Assembly: GCA_016699795.1 (NCBI GenBank)
Contig: CP065011.1
Coordinates: 226,474 to 290,473, forward strand
Length of the DNA: 64,000 nucleotides
From: Candidatus Moraniibacteriota bacterium
Lineage (GTDB): Bacteria; Patescibacteriota; Minisyncoccia; Moranbacterales; GCA-2747515
Reading direction: 5' to 3'
Positions 55,818-64,000 of this stretch are shown one piece after another. A program made the position numbers and the translations under genes. How positions within the stretch are numbered: position 1 is the first letter of the stretch; each line of letters begins with the position of its first letter. The notes beneath the pieces were generated by a model. That model was not told the origin of the DNA and did not search any database. It saw only the letters and a program-made list of their open reading frames with translations.

Positions 55818-57098
55818 CTAGCGATCAAAATTTTTCCTTCCCGCGTAAATAGCACGATTTCCTAATAATTCCTCAATACGAAAAAGACGATTATATTTTG
55901 AAAGACGTTCACCTCGACAAGTTGCTCCACTTTTAATCTGTCCTGCTCCAGTAGCAACAGCAAGGTCGGCAATAAAATCATCTACCGTTTCTCCGCTTCT
56001 ATGACTTATATATACCGAATATCCAGATTTTTTAGCTATTTCAATAGCTCTAAAAGTTTCCGTCAGTGTTCCGATTTGATTTACCTTTATAAGCACTGCA
56101 TTAGCAACTCCATCGTTAATTCCCTGTGTAATTATTTCTGGGTTCGTGCAAAAAAGATCATCTCCCACAAGCTGAATACTATTTCCCAATCGTTTGGTAA
56201 TTTCCTTCCAGCCTTCCCAATCTTTTTCTCCGAGAGCATCTTCAATAGAAACAATTGGGTAGTCGCGAATCCATCGCTCCCACATTTCAATCATTTGTAA
56301 TGAGGATTTTTTTTCTTTTGTGGATTTCCAAAATTCATATTCCCCATCTCTCCATAATTCACTCACTGCAGGATCAAGTCCAATAGCAATGTCTTTTCCT
56401 GGAATATATCCCGCCTTTTCAATCGATTCCACCATAATTTCCACAGCTGCTTCATTGGAGGGAAGATCTGGAGCAAAGCCACCCTCATCTCCAACTCCGG
56501 TAGTATAGCCACGTTCTTTAAGTAAAGATTTTAGAACTTGGTAAGTTTCACTTCCCATTCTCAATGCGTGAGAAAAACTTTCTGCTCCTACAGGATTAAA
56601 TTTAAATTCTTGAAAATCAAGTTTATTATCAGCATGAGCTCCGCCATTAATACTATTAAAACATGGTGTAGGGAGGAGAACTGCTTCATCTCCACCAAGA
56701 TATTGAAAAAGCTCCTGTTTTCGAGACAATGCTTCTGCACGAGCCACTCCCATAGAAACACCGAGGATAGCATTAGCTCCAAGATTTGCTTTATTGGAAG
56801 TTCCATCCAAATCAATCATTATCTGATCAATTTCCTCCTGATTTCCTGCATCTTTTCCTATGAGCTTCTGCGAGAGAATATCATTTACATGAGAAACTGC
56901 CTTAAGAACACCCCTTCCTCCATAGCGATGCTGATCCTCATCTCGGAGTTCTACTGCTTCACGTTCTCCTGTTGAAGCTCCAGACGGCACTCCTGCAATC
57001 ACTACCGTCCCATCTTCAAGAGAAACCTCTACTTCAACGGTAGGATTTCCTCGTGAATCAAGAATTTCTCTTGCATGAATTTTTTTTATACTAGCCAT
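55818..57098 (-). CDS. eno: enolase
   Basis: [20 protein letters not shown] canonical N-terminus; C-terminal SHRSGETED-like [15 protein letters not shown]. Confidence 0.97.
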   Translation of the reverse strand: MASIKKIHAREILDSRGNPTVEVEVSLEDGTVVIAGVPSGASTGEREAVELRDEDQHRYGGRGVLKAVSHVNDILSQKLIGKDAGNQEEIDQIMIDLDGTSNKANLGANAILGVSMGVARAEALSRKQELFQYLGGDEAVLLPTPCFNSINGGAHADNKLDFQEFKFNPVGAESFSHALRMGSETYQVLKSLLKERGYTTGVGDEGGFAPDLPSNEAAVEIMVESIEKAGYIPGKDIAIGLDPAVSELWRDGEYEFWKSTKEKKSSLQMIEMWERWIRDYPIVSIEDALGEKDWEGWKEITKRLGNSIQLVGDDLFCTNPEIITQGINDGVANAVLIKVNQIGTLTETFRAIEIAKKSGYSVYISHRSGETVDDFIADLAVATGAGQIKSGATCRGERLSKYNRLFRIEELLGNRAIYAGRKNFDR

Positions 57099-57137
57099 AT
57101 TTTTCTTCTTAAAATAAATCAAAAAATGTACGAAAAA

Positions 57138-58193
57138 TTAATTCTTTTTCAATAAAAGAGCTTCTAAACCAGGCATAGATGCCCCTGTAAGATATTCTAA
57201 CATTGCTCCTCCTCCAGTAGAAACAAATGAAATAGCACCAAGAAGTTTCATATCTTCCAAAACCTCAATCGATTCCCCTCCTCCAATAACACTAAATGCT
57301 GAGCTTTCTCCTATAGCTCGGGCAATTTCAACAGTTCCTTTTGCAAACCGAGCATCTTCAAACATTCCCAAAGGACCATTCCAAACAATAGTTTTGGCGT
57401 TCTTTATTTTTTCACAAAAAATTTCTCTCGTTTTCTCTCCTATGTCAAATCTATCTCCCTCAAAATCTATAGGAAGAATAACATTTTCCGAAAGTTCTAT
57501 ATTACCATCAATAGCTTCATTGGCGACTTTTCCACCTACCAGAACTTTATCGAAAGTCTTGGAAAACATTGTAATAAGAGGAAGTTTTGTTTCTATTTTT
57601 GCACCACCCACGATAGCAACTGATGGAGAATCCACTCCTTTGCGAATATTTGAAAGTATTTCAATTTCTTTCTCAAGATATATACCTGCGTATGTCGGAA
57701 TATGTTTTGTTATTCCCACGGTAGACGCATGCGCTCTATGACACACACTAAAAGCATCGTTTACAAATATATCAAATGGTTCAGAAAGTAATGCCGAGAA
57801 GGCTTTGTCATTTTTTTCTTCTTCAGCATGAAATCTTACATTTTCTAAAAGAAAAATATTTCCTTTTTCAGCGCTTGCAATAGCCTCTTTTACTCGATCA
57901 CCCACTGATTCTCCCACAAAAAAAATCCATACACCCAAAATTCTTCGCACATCATCTGCTATATGAGCAAGAGAGTCAGATTCGCTATATCGCCCTTCCG
58001 GCCTACCAAGGTGAGAAAGAAGAGAAATAGTTCTAGCGCCATTCTTTAAAAGATACATGATAGTCTCTTTGGCCGCTTCCATTTTATATTTTTGACGAAC
58101 GTCCCCATCTTTAAGATTAACATTAAAGTCAACTCGAACAAGAACATTCTTTCCTTCAACCGAAATATTTTTTACACTTTCATATTGATTCAT
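57138..58193 (-). CDS. pgk: phosphoglycerate kinase (compact, 351 aa)
   Basis: KNVLVRVDFNVNL N-terminal motif; C-terminal GGGESIEVL...STGGGAMLE. Confidence 0.9.
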   Translation of the reverse strand: MNQYESVKNISVEGKNVLVRVDFNVNLKDGDVRQKYKMEAAKETIMYLLKNGARTISLLSHLGRPEGRYSESDSLAHIADDVRRILGVWIFFVGESVGDRVKEAIASAEKGNIFLLENVRFHAEEEKNDKAFSALLSEPFDIFVNDAFSVCHRAHASTVGITKHIPTYAGIYLEKEIEILSNIRKGVDSPSVAIVGGAKIETKLPLITMFSKTFDKVLVGGKVANEAIDGNIELSENVILPIDFEGDRFDIGEKTREIFCEKIKNAKTIVWNGPLGMFEDARFAKGTVEIARAIGESSAFSVIGGGESIEVLEDMKLLGAISFVSTGGGAMLEYLTGASMPGLEALLLKKN

Positions 58194-58332
58194 ATTTTTT
58201 TCTTTATCATTGATGTAAACCTTTAGAGAAGAATATCATTCACAAGAAAAAATGTCACTTTCCAAAAGTAATCATTTTTCAAAAAAATATCTTATTTCTT
58301 CTATAAAAAGAATTTTTTTATTCCTAAAGATG

Positions 58333-59340
58333 TCAAACAAAGTCTCGCAAATGCTTAGCAGCAACTTCTGGCTCGATAGTAGAAATTTCTATTCCTGTCG
58401 AAAGTTCAAATCCAGCCCATGTCGAAGTTTTTGGTAAAATCTCAAAATGCCAATGATAATGAGGGTAATCTTTTCCATCACAAGGAGATGTGTGAAGATA
58501 AAGATTATAATCAGGATTTCCAAGCGCTTTCTCCAAAGCTCCTAAAGATCTCTTGAAAGCCCATGCTAAGGAAATTTTTTGAGCATTTGTTATTCGTTCA
58601 AAATAAGGACTGTGAAATTTTGGAAGAATCCACATTTCAAAAGCAGATCTTGATGCGTACGGCGCAATAACAATACAATGTTCATTTTCAAAAACTACTC
58701 GTGTTTTTTCAAATTGTTCGTATTCTATAACCGTACAAAAAACACAACGATTTGTACTTTTCCAATGTTGATCACTTCCATAAAGTTCCAATTCTACATA
58801 AGGAGAAACGACAGGAACTGCAAATATTTGAGAATGAGGATGATATACCGATGCGCCCGCAGATTTACCATGATTATGGATAATGCTTATATATCGAACA
58901 TCCTTTTGATTCATGATATTGAGATATCTATCTTGATAAGCATCTATCATTTCTACAATGGTATTCACACCCATCTTTGCAAAATGATCGTCATGTTTTC
59001 TAGGCACGACCAATTCATGATTTCCAACCCCACTCATACCAAAATAAGGCCCCTCTTCAAAAGAAACTATTTCTTTTTCAATATTCTGAATTGCAGGATA
59101 AAGATTAGGAAAAACTCGAAGAGTCCAATCTCCATCATCTTTTTTATAAATAAGAACATCATCTTTTTGTCCACTCGCCTCTGGATTTTCAAAAGGACAA
59201 GACCCAAGAGACTCATCCAAAACAAAATCTTTTCTTACTATAAAATCCTCAGGTCGTTTCGATCGACCCGTAGCAATAACAACCCAATCTCTCGTTACAA
59301 TATCTTGTCTAAGCTGAGAAAGCTCCTTTTTTTGTTCCAT
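58333..59340 (-). CDS. galT: galactose-1-phosphate uridylyltransferase-like (HIT-family, GalT type)
   Basis: HNHGKSAGASVYHPHSQIFA is the HxHxQ nucleotidyl-transfer motif; the N-terminal half has Cys/His zinc-site residues. Confidence 0.7.
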   Translation of the reverse strand: MEQKKELSQLRQDIVTRDWVVIATGRSKRPEDFIVRKDFVLDESLGSCPFENPEASGQKDDVLIYKKDDGDWTLRVFPNLYPAIQNIEKEIVSFEEGPYFGMSGVGNHELVVPRKHDDHFAKMGVNTIVEMIDAYQDRYLNIMNQKDVRYISIIHNHGKSAGASVYHPHSQIFAVPVVSPYVELELYGSDQHWKSTNRCVFCTVIEYEQFEKTRVVFENEHCIVIAPYASRSAFEMWILPKFHSPYFERITNAQKISLAWAFKRSLGALEKALGNPDYNLYLHTSPCDGKDYPHYHWHFEILPKTSTWAGFELSTGIEISTIEPEVAAKHLRDFV

Positions 59341-59376
59341 AAAGAGTGTTTATTTTATATTTTTATATCTAACTTT

Positions 59377-60138
59377 TTATTTATTTTTCGAATACAGGTG
59401 ATAAGAACCCAAACAGAGCCTCGATCGAGTTTTCACTAAATCTATAAGTACTTGTACAAATCCATTTGGTCCAAGTAAGGAAACAGTAGATCCTGTTTCA
59501 TTAAGCCATCGAACAGGCATTTGTTTTATACCAAATCCTAATTTTTTTGCTAAAACAATAAATTCAAAATCAAAACCAAATCTCTCCACTTTCATACGAT
59601 TGGCAACTTCTCGTGAAGCTTCTTTGGTGATCATTTTAAATCCACATTGCGTATCAGGATAGGCCCACAAACCCAATGTAAAACGAATAAGCCAATTTCC
59701 CATATCTCCCATCAATTCTCGATATTTTGGCTGATGTATAGCAACATAAGATCCTTTTATATCTCTCGAACCTATAACTACATCAAATTTTTCTTTTTCA
59801 ATTTCAGGTAAAAAAACATCTACATGTGTTATTGATGTCGAGCCGTCAGCATCCATAAATAATTGGTATTTCCCCTTTGCTTCAAGAAGTCCCTGTCGAA
59901 CAACATAGCCTTTTCCATGATTTTCTTTATTTTCAATAACACGAAGACCATTCACTTGCGAGCTATAATTACGAGCAACTTCAGCGGTGTTATCAGGTGA
60001 TCCATCAATGACTACAATAATTTCATATTCAAAATCCTTTTTCGAAAGATGTTCTTCTATTTCCAAAAGCGTTCGTCCTAAACGATCTTTTTCTTTATAT
60101 GCAGGAATAATAACCGAAAGAAATATATTTTCATTCAT
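59377..60138 (-). CDS. family-2 glycosyltransferase (polyprenol-phosphate sugar transferase-like)
   Basis: LSVIIPAYKE...IIVVIDGSPDNT...DAD GT-A fold motifs. Confidence 0.8.
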   Translation of the reverse strand: MNENIFLSVIIPAYKEKDRLGRTLLEIEEHLSKKDFEYEIIVVIDGSPDNTAEVARNYSSQVNGLRVIENKENHGKGYVVRQGLLEAKGKYQLFMDADGSTSITHVDVFLPEIEKEKFDVVIGSRDIKGSYVAIHQPKYRELMGDMGNWLIRFTLGLWAYPDTQCGFKMITKEASREVANRMKVERFGFDFEFIVLAKKLGFGIKQMPVRWLNETGSTVSLLGPNGFVQVLIDLVKTRSRLCLGSYHLYSKNK

Positions 60139-60203
60139 ACGTTACATAAAGAAACATTTCCTCAAAAGTATATCATTTATACAGAGAACATACAAGAAAA
60201 ATA

Positions 60204-61034
60204 TCAAACCTTAAAAAGAGAAAAAATCTCTTGTGATGTTTTTTGTGTTTTTCTTTCTAATTCTTCGAAAGATATTCCTCGAAGTTCCGCAAGAAATTCA
60301 AGCGTTGAAGAAATAAAAGCAGGCTCATTTCGTTTTCCTCGAAATTTTTGAGGACTAAGGTAGGGACAATCTGTTTCCACTATTATTTTTTCAAGAGGTA
60401 TTAAGTTAACAACGAGATGAGAATCATCCTTTGTTCCCTGTGCATCTTTTTTTACTGGATATGTTATATTTCCCGCGAAGGAAAAGAAGATATTTCCTTC
60501 AAGAGAAAGAAATTTTTTTGTTATTTCTTCATCCCCTTGATAACAATGAAAAATAAGCGAAGGAAGTTTTGAACTGTATTCTCGAAGAATTTCAAAAGCA
60601 TCTTCATAAGCTTCTCGACAATGCACTACTAAAGGTTTCCCCATTTCTAGCGCTAGTTGTATATGATCCAAAAATCCTTCTTTTTGAGATTGTTTTTGTT
60701 CTTCTGTAATTGATTTTCCAAAATCATGATAATCCAGACCACATTCTCCTATAGCCACAACACAAGATTCTTTTGCCAAAGTCTTCATCGTTTCTTTCCA
60801 CAAAATCCTCGTTTCTTTATTTGGAAGTTTTGAGTATTCATGAGGATGACTCGCTACCATAGCATAAAGAAAGCCTTTATATTTTTTGGCGGTATCAATT
60901 GCTAATCGGCTTTCTTCAATGCTTGTTCCTACCGTAATAATACTTTCGATACCATTTTCTCGAGCTCGAGTTATTACTTCATCTCGATCATCCTCAAATT
61001 TTTCATCATGAATATGAGCATGCGTATCAATCAT
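60204..61034 (-). CDS. tatD: TatD-family metal-dependent DNase/hydrolase
   Basis: MIDTHAHIHDEKF N-terminal HxH; 276 aa. Confidence 0.85.
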   Translation of the reverse strand: MIDTHAHIHDEKFEDDRDEVITRARENGIESIITVGTSIEESRLAIDTAKKYKGFLYAMVASHPHEYSKLPNKETRILWKETMKTLAKESCVVAIGECGLDYHDFGKSITEEQKQSQKEGFLDHIQLALEMGKPLVVHCREAYEDAFEILREYSSKLPSLIFHCYQGDEEITKKFLSLEGNIFFSFAGNITYPVKKDAQGTKDDSHLVVNLIPLEKIIVETDCPYLSPQKFRGKRNEPAFISSTLEFLAELRGISFEELERKTQKTSQEIFSLFKV

Positions 61035-61055
61035 AGTTCTACGTTTACTTTTTAC

Positions 61056-61292
61056 CTATTCTTCCAAACGAATAATTCCAACAGGACAACTTTTAGAACA
61101 TTTTTTTGCTTTTTCTTTTTCAAATTCATCAAGTTCAAGAAGTGAGTATTCTCCTTTTCTTTTCGAACCCAAAAGATCAGCCTTTCCATCTTCTTTATTC
61201 ATAGAAAACTTTTTCGAATCAATTTGAGCACATGTTCCACAACCAACACAATCCGATCTTTTTTGTGTAAATATCACCCGCTTAATTCCCAT
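61056..61292 (-). CDS. small 4Fe-4S ferredoxin
   Basis: CVGCGTCAQ cluster motif plus a C-terminal CSKSCP; 78 aa. Confidence 0.65.
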   Translation of the reverse strand: MGIKRVIFTQKRSDCVGCGTCAQIDSKKFSMNKEDGKADLLGSKRKGEYSLLELDEFEKEKAKKCSKSCPVGIIRLEE

Positions 61293-61421
61293 ATACTTTT
61301 TCTTATTTTCTCATTCTCTCCTTATACAATAGCGTGTAATAACTCATTTTCACTTTAAAATCAAGAATATGTTTCATTATACCATTCTTTTCAATATTTC
61401 ATCTTTGTGATTTTCCTCCTC

Positions 61422-64000
61422 CTACCCTCCCGTCCAAGCAAAGATTTCTTTGAAGTTCTTTATGATGAGTTCTACAACAGATTCTTTTGTTTGTGGTGTA
61501 AGGGTGATGTAGTCTTTGGTTATGGTTTCATTCCCACTCAGATCTTTTACTATGACTTTGTAAGAGTAGAGAGTTCCTGGTTTCCAAGAGGTGAGTACAA
61601 TGATGTGATTCTTTGTTGGGGAAGAACTTACATTCACTGTTTTTTCTTCTCCTGCTCTTCCTTCTTTGTAGATGAGGGAGGAAGAAGCATCTTCATCTGT
61701 TTGCCAGTTAATAATCATTTGTACTTTTCCGTTTTGTGAAAGAGCGGAGTCGGTAGAGACTCTTTCTACTGTAGGAGAAGTTTCATCTTTTTGCATAGTG
61801 AATTCTATCTCATCAGAGAGAGTTTCATTTCCCATATCATCTCTGACTCGTACAGTAAGAACGTAGTTTTCTCCAGGAGTGAGTTCTTTGAGGGTGAGGG
61901 AGTGAGTTTGGAGGAGGGAGGGATTTCCTTCACTCTTTTGATCTTCTTCTTTGTTTTTGTTTTTGTAGGTTACAAGAGAGTCGGTAAGAGTATCAGTAAG
62001 GAAGTTTACTTTTGCTTCTCTGTCTGAAAGAACTTCTATCTTGATTTCTTTGATTTGTGGTGGAGACTTTGGTTCAAAGGTAGAGTCGGAAGAAGAGAAG
62101 AGATTTTTTGATTCATCTTCTCCTTTTACTCGGAAGTGGTAGGTAGAGTTTTCTAAAAGATTGTTTATGATAATTTCATGATCTTTTTTGAGTTCTTCAC
62201 TTTTTCTTGTTTGTCCATAGTTTTCTGTGTTTCCATATTCAACAATAGAGGTAGTGGGAGTGGAAGTTTTCCATGTGATAGTTGTTTCCCCTATTTGTTT
62301 GGAAGAAGCTTTAATGGAAGAGATGGAAGAAGGAGATTGCGTTTGGAAGGTTTGTTGGGAGGAGGTGCCTATGTTTCCGGCGGTGTCGGAAGATCCTGTG
62401 GAGAAGAAGTATTTAGTAGATGGGATGAGACCTCGAAGAGTTACGGAGTGGGAGGTGGTGTATTTGGTGGGGTCGAAACCTGTAATACTATCAATTGTGG
62501 CATATTCAAGGTCTTTTGTCGTACCATATTTTACTCTACTATCAGAAACTTCATCCGTCTCCCAACTCACCACTGCACTCTCTCCTGTAATGTCTTTGAC
62601 TTTGACTCCTGAGATAGAGGGAGGAGTAGATTCTGCTTGTTCACTTCCACTGTCTACTTGTTTGAGTTTTGTTGTGAAGCTTTTTTCTTCACTCTCTATG
62701 AGGGTTCCAAGATTATCTTCACAAAGAAGTTTGTAGAAGTAGGTTGTGTTAAAGATGAGTCCTCCAAGATGCAGGGAATGGAGTGTGTCATAGATTCCTG
62801 TCGCTTCTGTTTGAGGAACTTCTTGGTAGTTTCTTGATTGGGTTCCATATTCAAGGATGCAGTTTGCTGCTTGATCCGTCTGGAAGGTTATGACTGCTTT
62901 TTGATCAGTGAGTACTTTAGGAGGATCACTGATAGTATGAATCTTTGAAAGAGGTGCATGATTGTATTCTGGATCTAAGGTTGTTTTCATTGTTTGTATA
63001 TCACTCTGTGATTCGTTTTGATTGATATCTTTAACACTCACTTGATATTCATACTCTGTATCAGGAGTAAGAGTATCGAGTACCCTGTAGTGAGATCTAT
63101 CGTATGTTGTTCCTTGTTCTGTTTGTGTGAAGGTAAGGCTTCCTTTTTTTCTGTACTGAAGGAGGAAGGATGCTTCTTCATCTGTGTTTGCTGTAATAAC
63201 TGCTTTGTCATTTGAGATAAGAGATGTTTGAAGATTCGTTATGGTAGGAGGTGTTTCGTCGAGTGTTGTAGAGAATTGAAAATAGTTTCCTCCATTATTG
63301 TCATTGGCAATGTTTCCTTGTGAGTCGGTGGAGGTAACGTAGAAATAGTAGGTGGTTCCTTGAGTAAGAGCATCTAAGGTTACTTGATGATTTTTTGTAA
63401 GAACACTTGATCCGGAGAGAGTGATAGGATCGATAAGAGATCCATTCTTGTTTTCACTGTAATGGAGTACAGAGTCTGCAGGGACATTCGTATTCCAGAA
63501 TATGGTTGCTTGTGTGTTAGAAGCACTTGATACCGCTACACCACTGATAGAAGGTCCAGGATTCGTTGTGACTTCATATCCATTGCCATTATTGTCATTG
63601 ACTCCGGTATTGCCTTGAGGATCAGTAGAGGCAACTCTAAAGAAGTAGGGAGTGTTTGGTGTGAGGTTGGTAAGAGTGACTCTATGAAGTCCTGATTGTG
63701 CTTGGGTGTCAGCATAGGTAGAGACTCCTGTTTGTTTGGTATAGGTGTTGGGAGTGGTTGCATATTCTACACGAGAGTCAGAGAGTTCATCTGTTTCCCA
63801 TGTGATAGTTACGGTTGTGGTGTCTTTAGATTCTACGGTTACGTTTTGTAGAACAGGAGGGGTTTGATCTGATCCTCCTCCACCTTCTCCGAAGTCTTGA
63901 ATACCATTTGCTTTCATCGTAACGGTTTGTGAGAAGAAAGAAACATTTCCTGGTGTGTCTGTTGTCTTTGCTTTGTAGGTGTAGAGAATGTCTGGTTGTG
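61422..64000 (-). CDS. very large extracellular protein built of repeated fibronectin type III-like domains (C-terminal 860 or more aa; N-terminus beyond window end)
   Basis: The ORF stays open past 63917 to the window edge. Recurring domain of about 95 aa, PPxISxVxVxxITxxSAxVSWETDExSDSRVxYGTT...HSVTLxGLxPSTxYxF. Confidence 0.7.
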   Translation of the reverse strand, partial: QPDILYTYKAKTTDTPGNVSFFSQTVTMKANGIQDFGEGGGGSDQTPPVLQNVTVESKDTTTVTITWETDELSDSRVEYATTPNTYTKQTGVSTYADTQAQSGLHRVTLTNLTPNTPYFFRVASTDPQGNTGVNDNNGNGYEVTTNPGPSISGVAVSSASNTQATIFWNTNVPADSVLHYSENKNGSLIDPITLSGSSVLTKNHQVTLDALTQGTTYYFYVTSTDSQGNIANDNNGGNYFQFSTTLDETPPTITNLQTSLISNDKAVITANTDEEASFLLQYRKKGSLTFTQTEQGTTYDRSHYRVLDTLTPDTEYEYQVSVKDINQNESQSDIQTMKTTLDPEYNHAPLSKIHTISDPPKVLTDQKAVITFQTDQAANCILEYGTQSRNYQEVPQTEATGIYDTLHSLHLGGLIFNTTYFYKLLCEDNLGTLIESEEKSFTTKLKQVDSGSEQAESTPPSISGVKVKDITGESAVVSWETDEVSDSRVKYGTTKDLEYATIDSITGFDPTKYTTSHSVTLRGLIPSTKYFFSTGSSDTAGNIGTSSQQTFQTQSPSSISSIKASSKQIGETTITWKTSTPTTSIVEYGNTENYGQTRKSEELKKDHEIIINNLLENSTYHFRVKGEDESKNLFSSSDSTFEPKSPPQIKEIKIEVLSDREAKVNFLTDTLTDSLVTYKNKNKEEDQKSEGNPSLLQTHSLTLKELTPGENYVLTVRVRDDMGNETLSDEIEFTMQKDETSPTVERVSTDSALSQNGKVQMIINWQTDEDASSSLIYKEGRAGEEKTVNVSSSPTKNHIIVLTSWKPGTLYSYKVIVKDLSGNETITKDYITLTPQTKESVVELIIKNFKEIFAWTGG

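Overview
AT-rich window (roughly one-third GC by eye) with the gene content and organisation of a small-genome CPR/Patescibacteria-type bacterium. That placement is inferred from operon structure only; there is no rRNA in the window to confirm it.

Core genes:
- recG, dprA, topA, a short Rel/SpoT, parA-parB, folD, uppP, glmS, a yvcK-like gene, zwf-gnd, ndk, ftsE-ftsX, yqgF, map, adk, secY.
- A long ribosomal-protein run, S10-L3-L4-L23-L2-S19-L22-S3-L16-L29-S17-L14-L24-L5-S14-S8-L6-L18-S5-L15, with no L30 and with several lysine-rich extensions.
- tuf, ftsA, eno, pgk, a galT-like gene, tatD and a ferredoxin.
- Four tRNAs (Ser-GCT, Glu-TTC, Leu-CAA, Arg-GCG).

Accessory and unusual regions:
1. 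The window starts inside an integrated element (1-2791) that carries a pC194/pUB110-type rolling-circle Rep and a large serine recombinase. The recombinase's 3' end reads antisense through the 3' half of tRNA-Ser.
2. A ~3.2 kb cassette (6204-9429) is bounded by 83-bp direct repeats that are 93% identical. It carries a protein with seven treble-clef zinc-ribbon repeats around a Vsr/DUF559-like nuclease core, plus a 319-aa protein of unknown function.
3. A GIY-YIG nuclease gene sits between a complete tRNA-Glu and a duplicated tRNA-Glu 5' half.
4. A secreted BNR/InlB-repeat protein has its ATG separated from the main frame by a 1-nt indel in T8/T9/T8 homopolymer tracts.
5. An 84-bp (28-aa) tandem-repeat coding array (23178-24253) is decayed and frameshifted.
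6. A 650-aa single-pass membrane protein sits immediately downstream of ftsA, where ftsZ is usually found.
7. A giant multi-FN3-like surface protein runs off the window end.

No CRISPR array and no rRNA genes were seen. All calls are from reading the sequence; no database searches were run.
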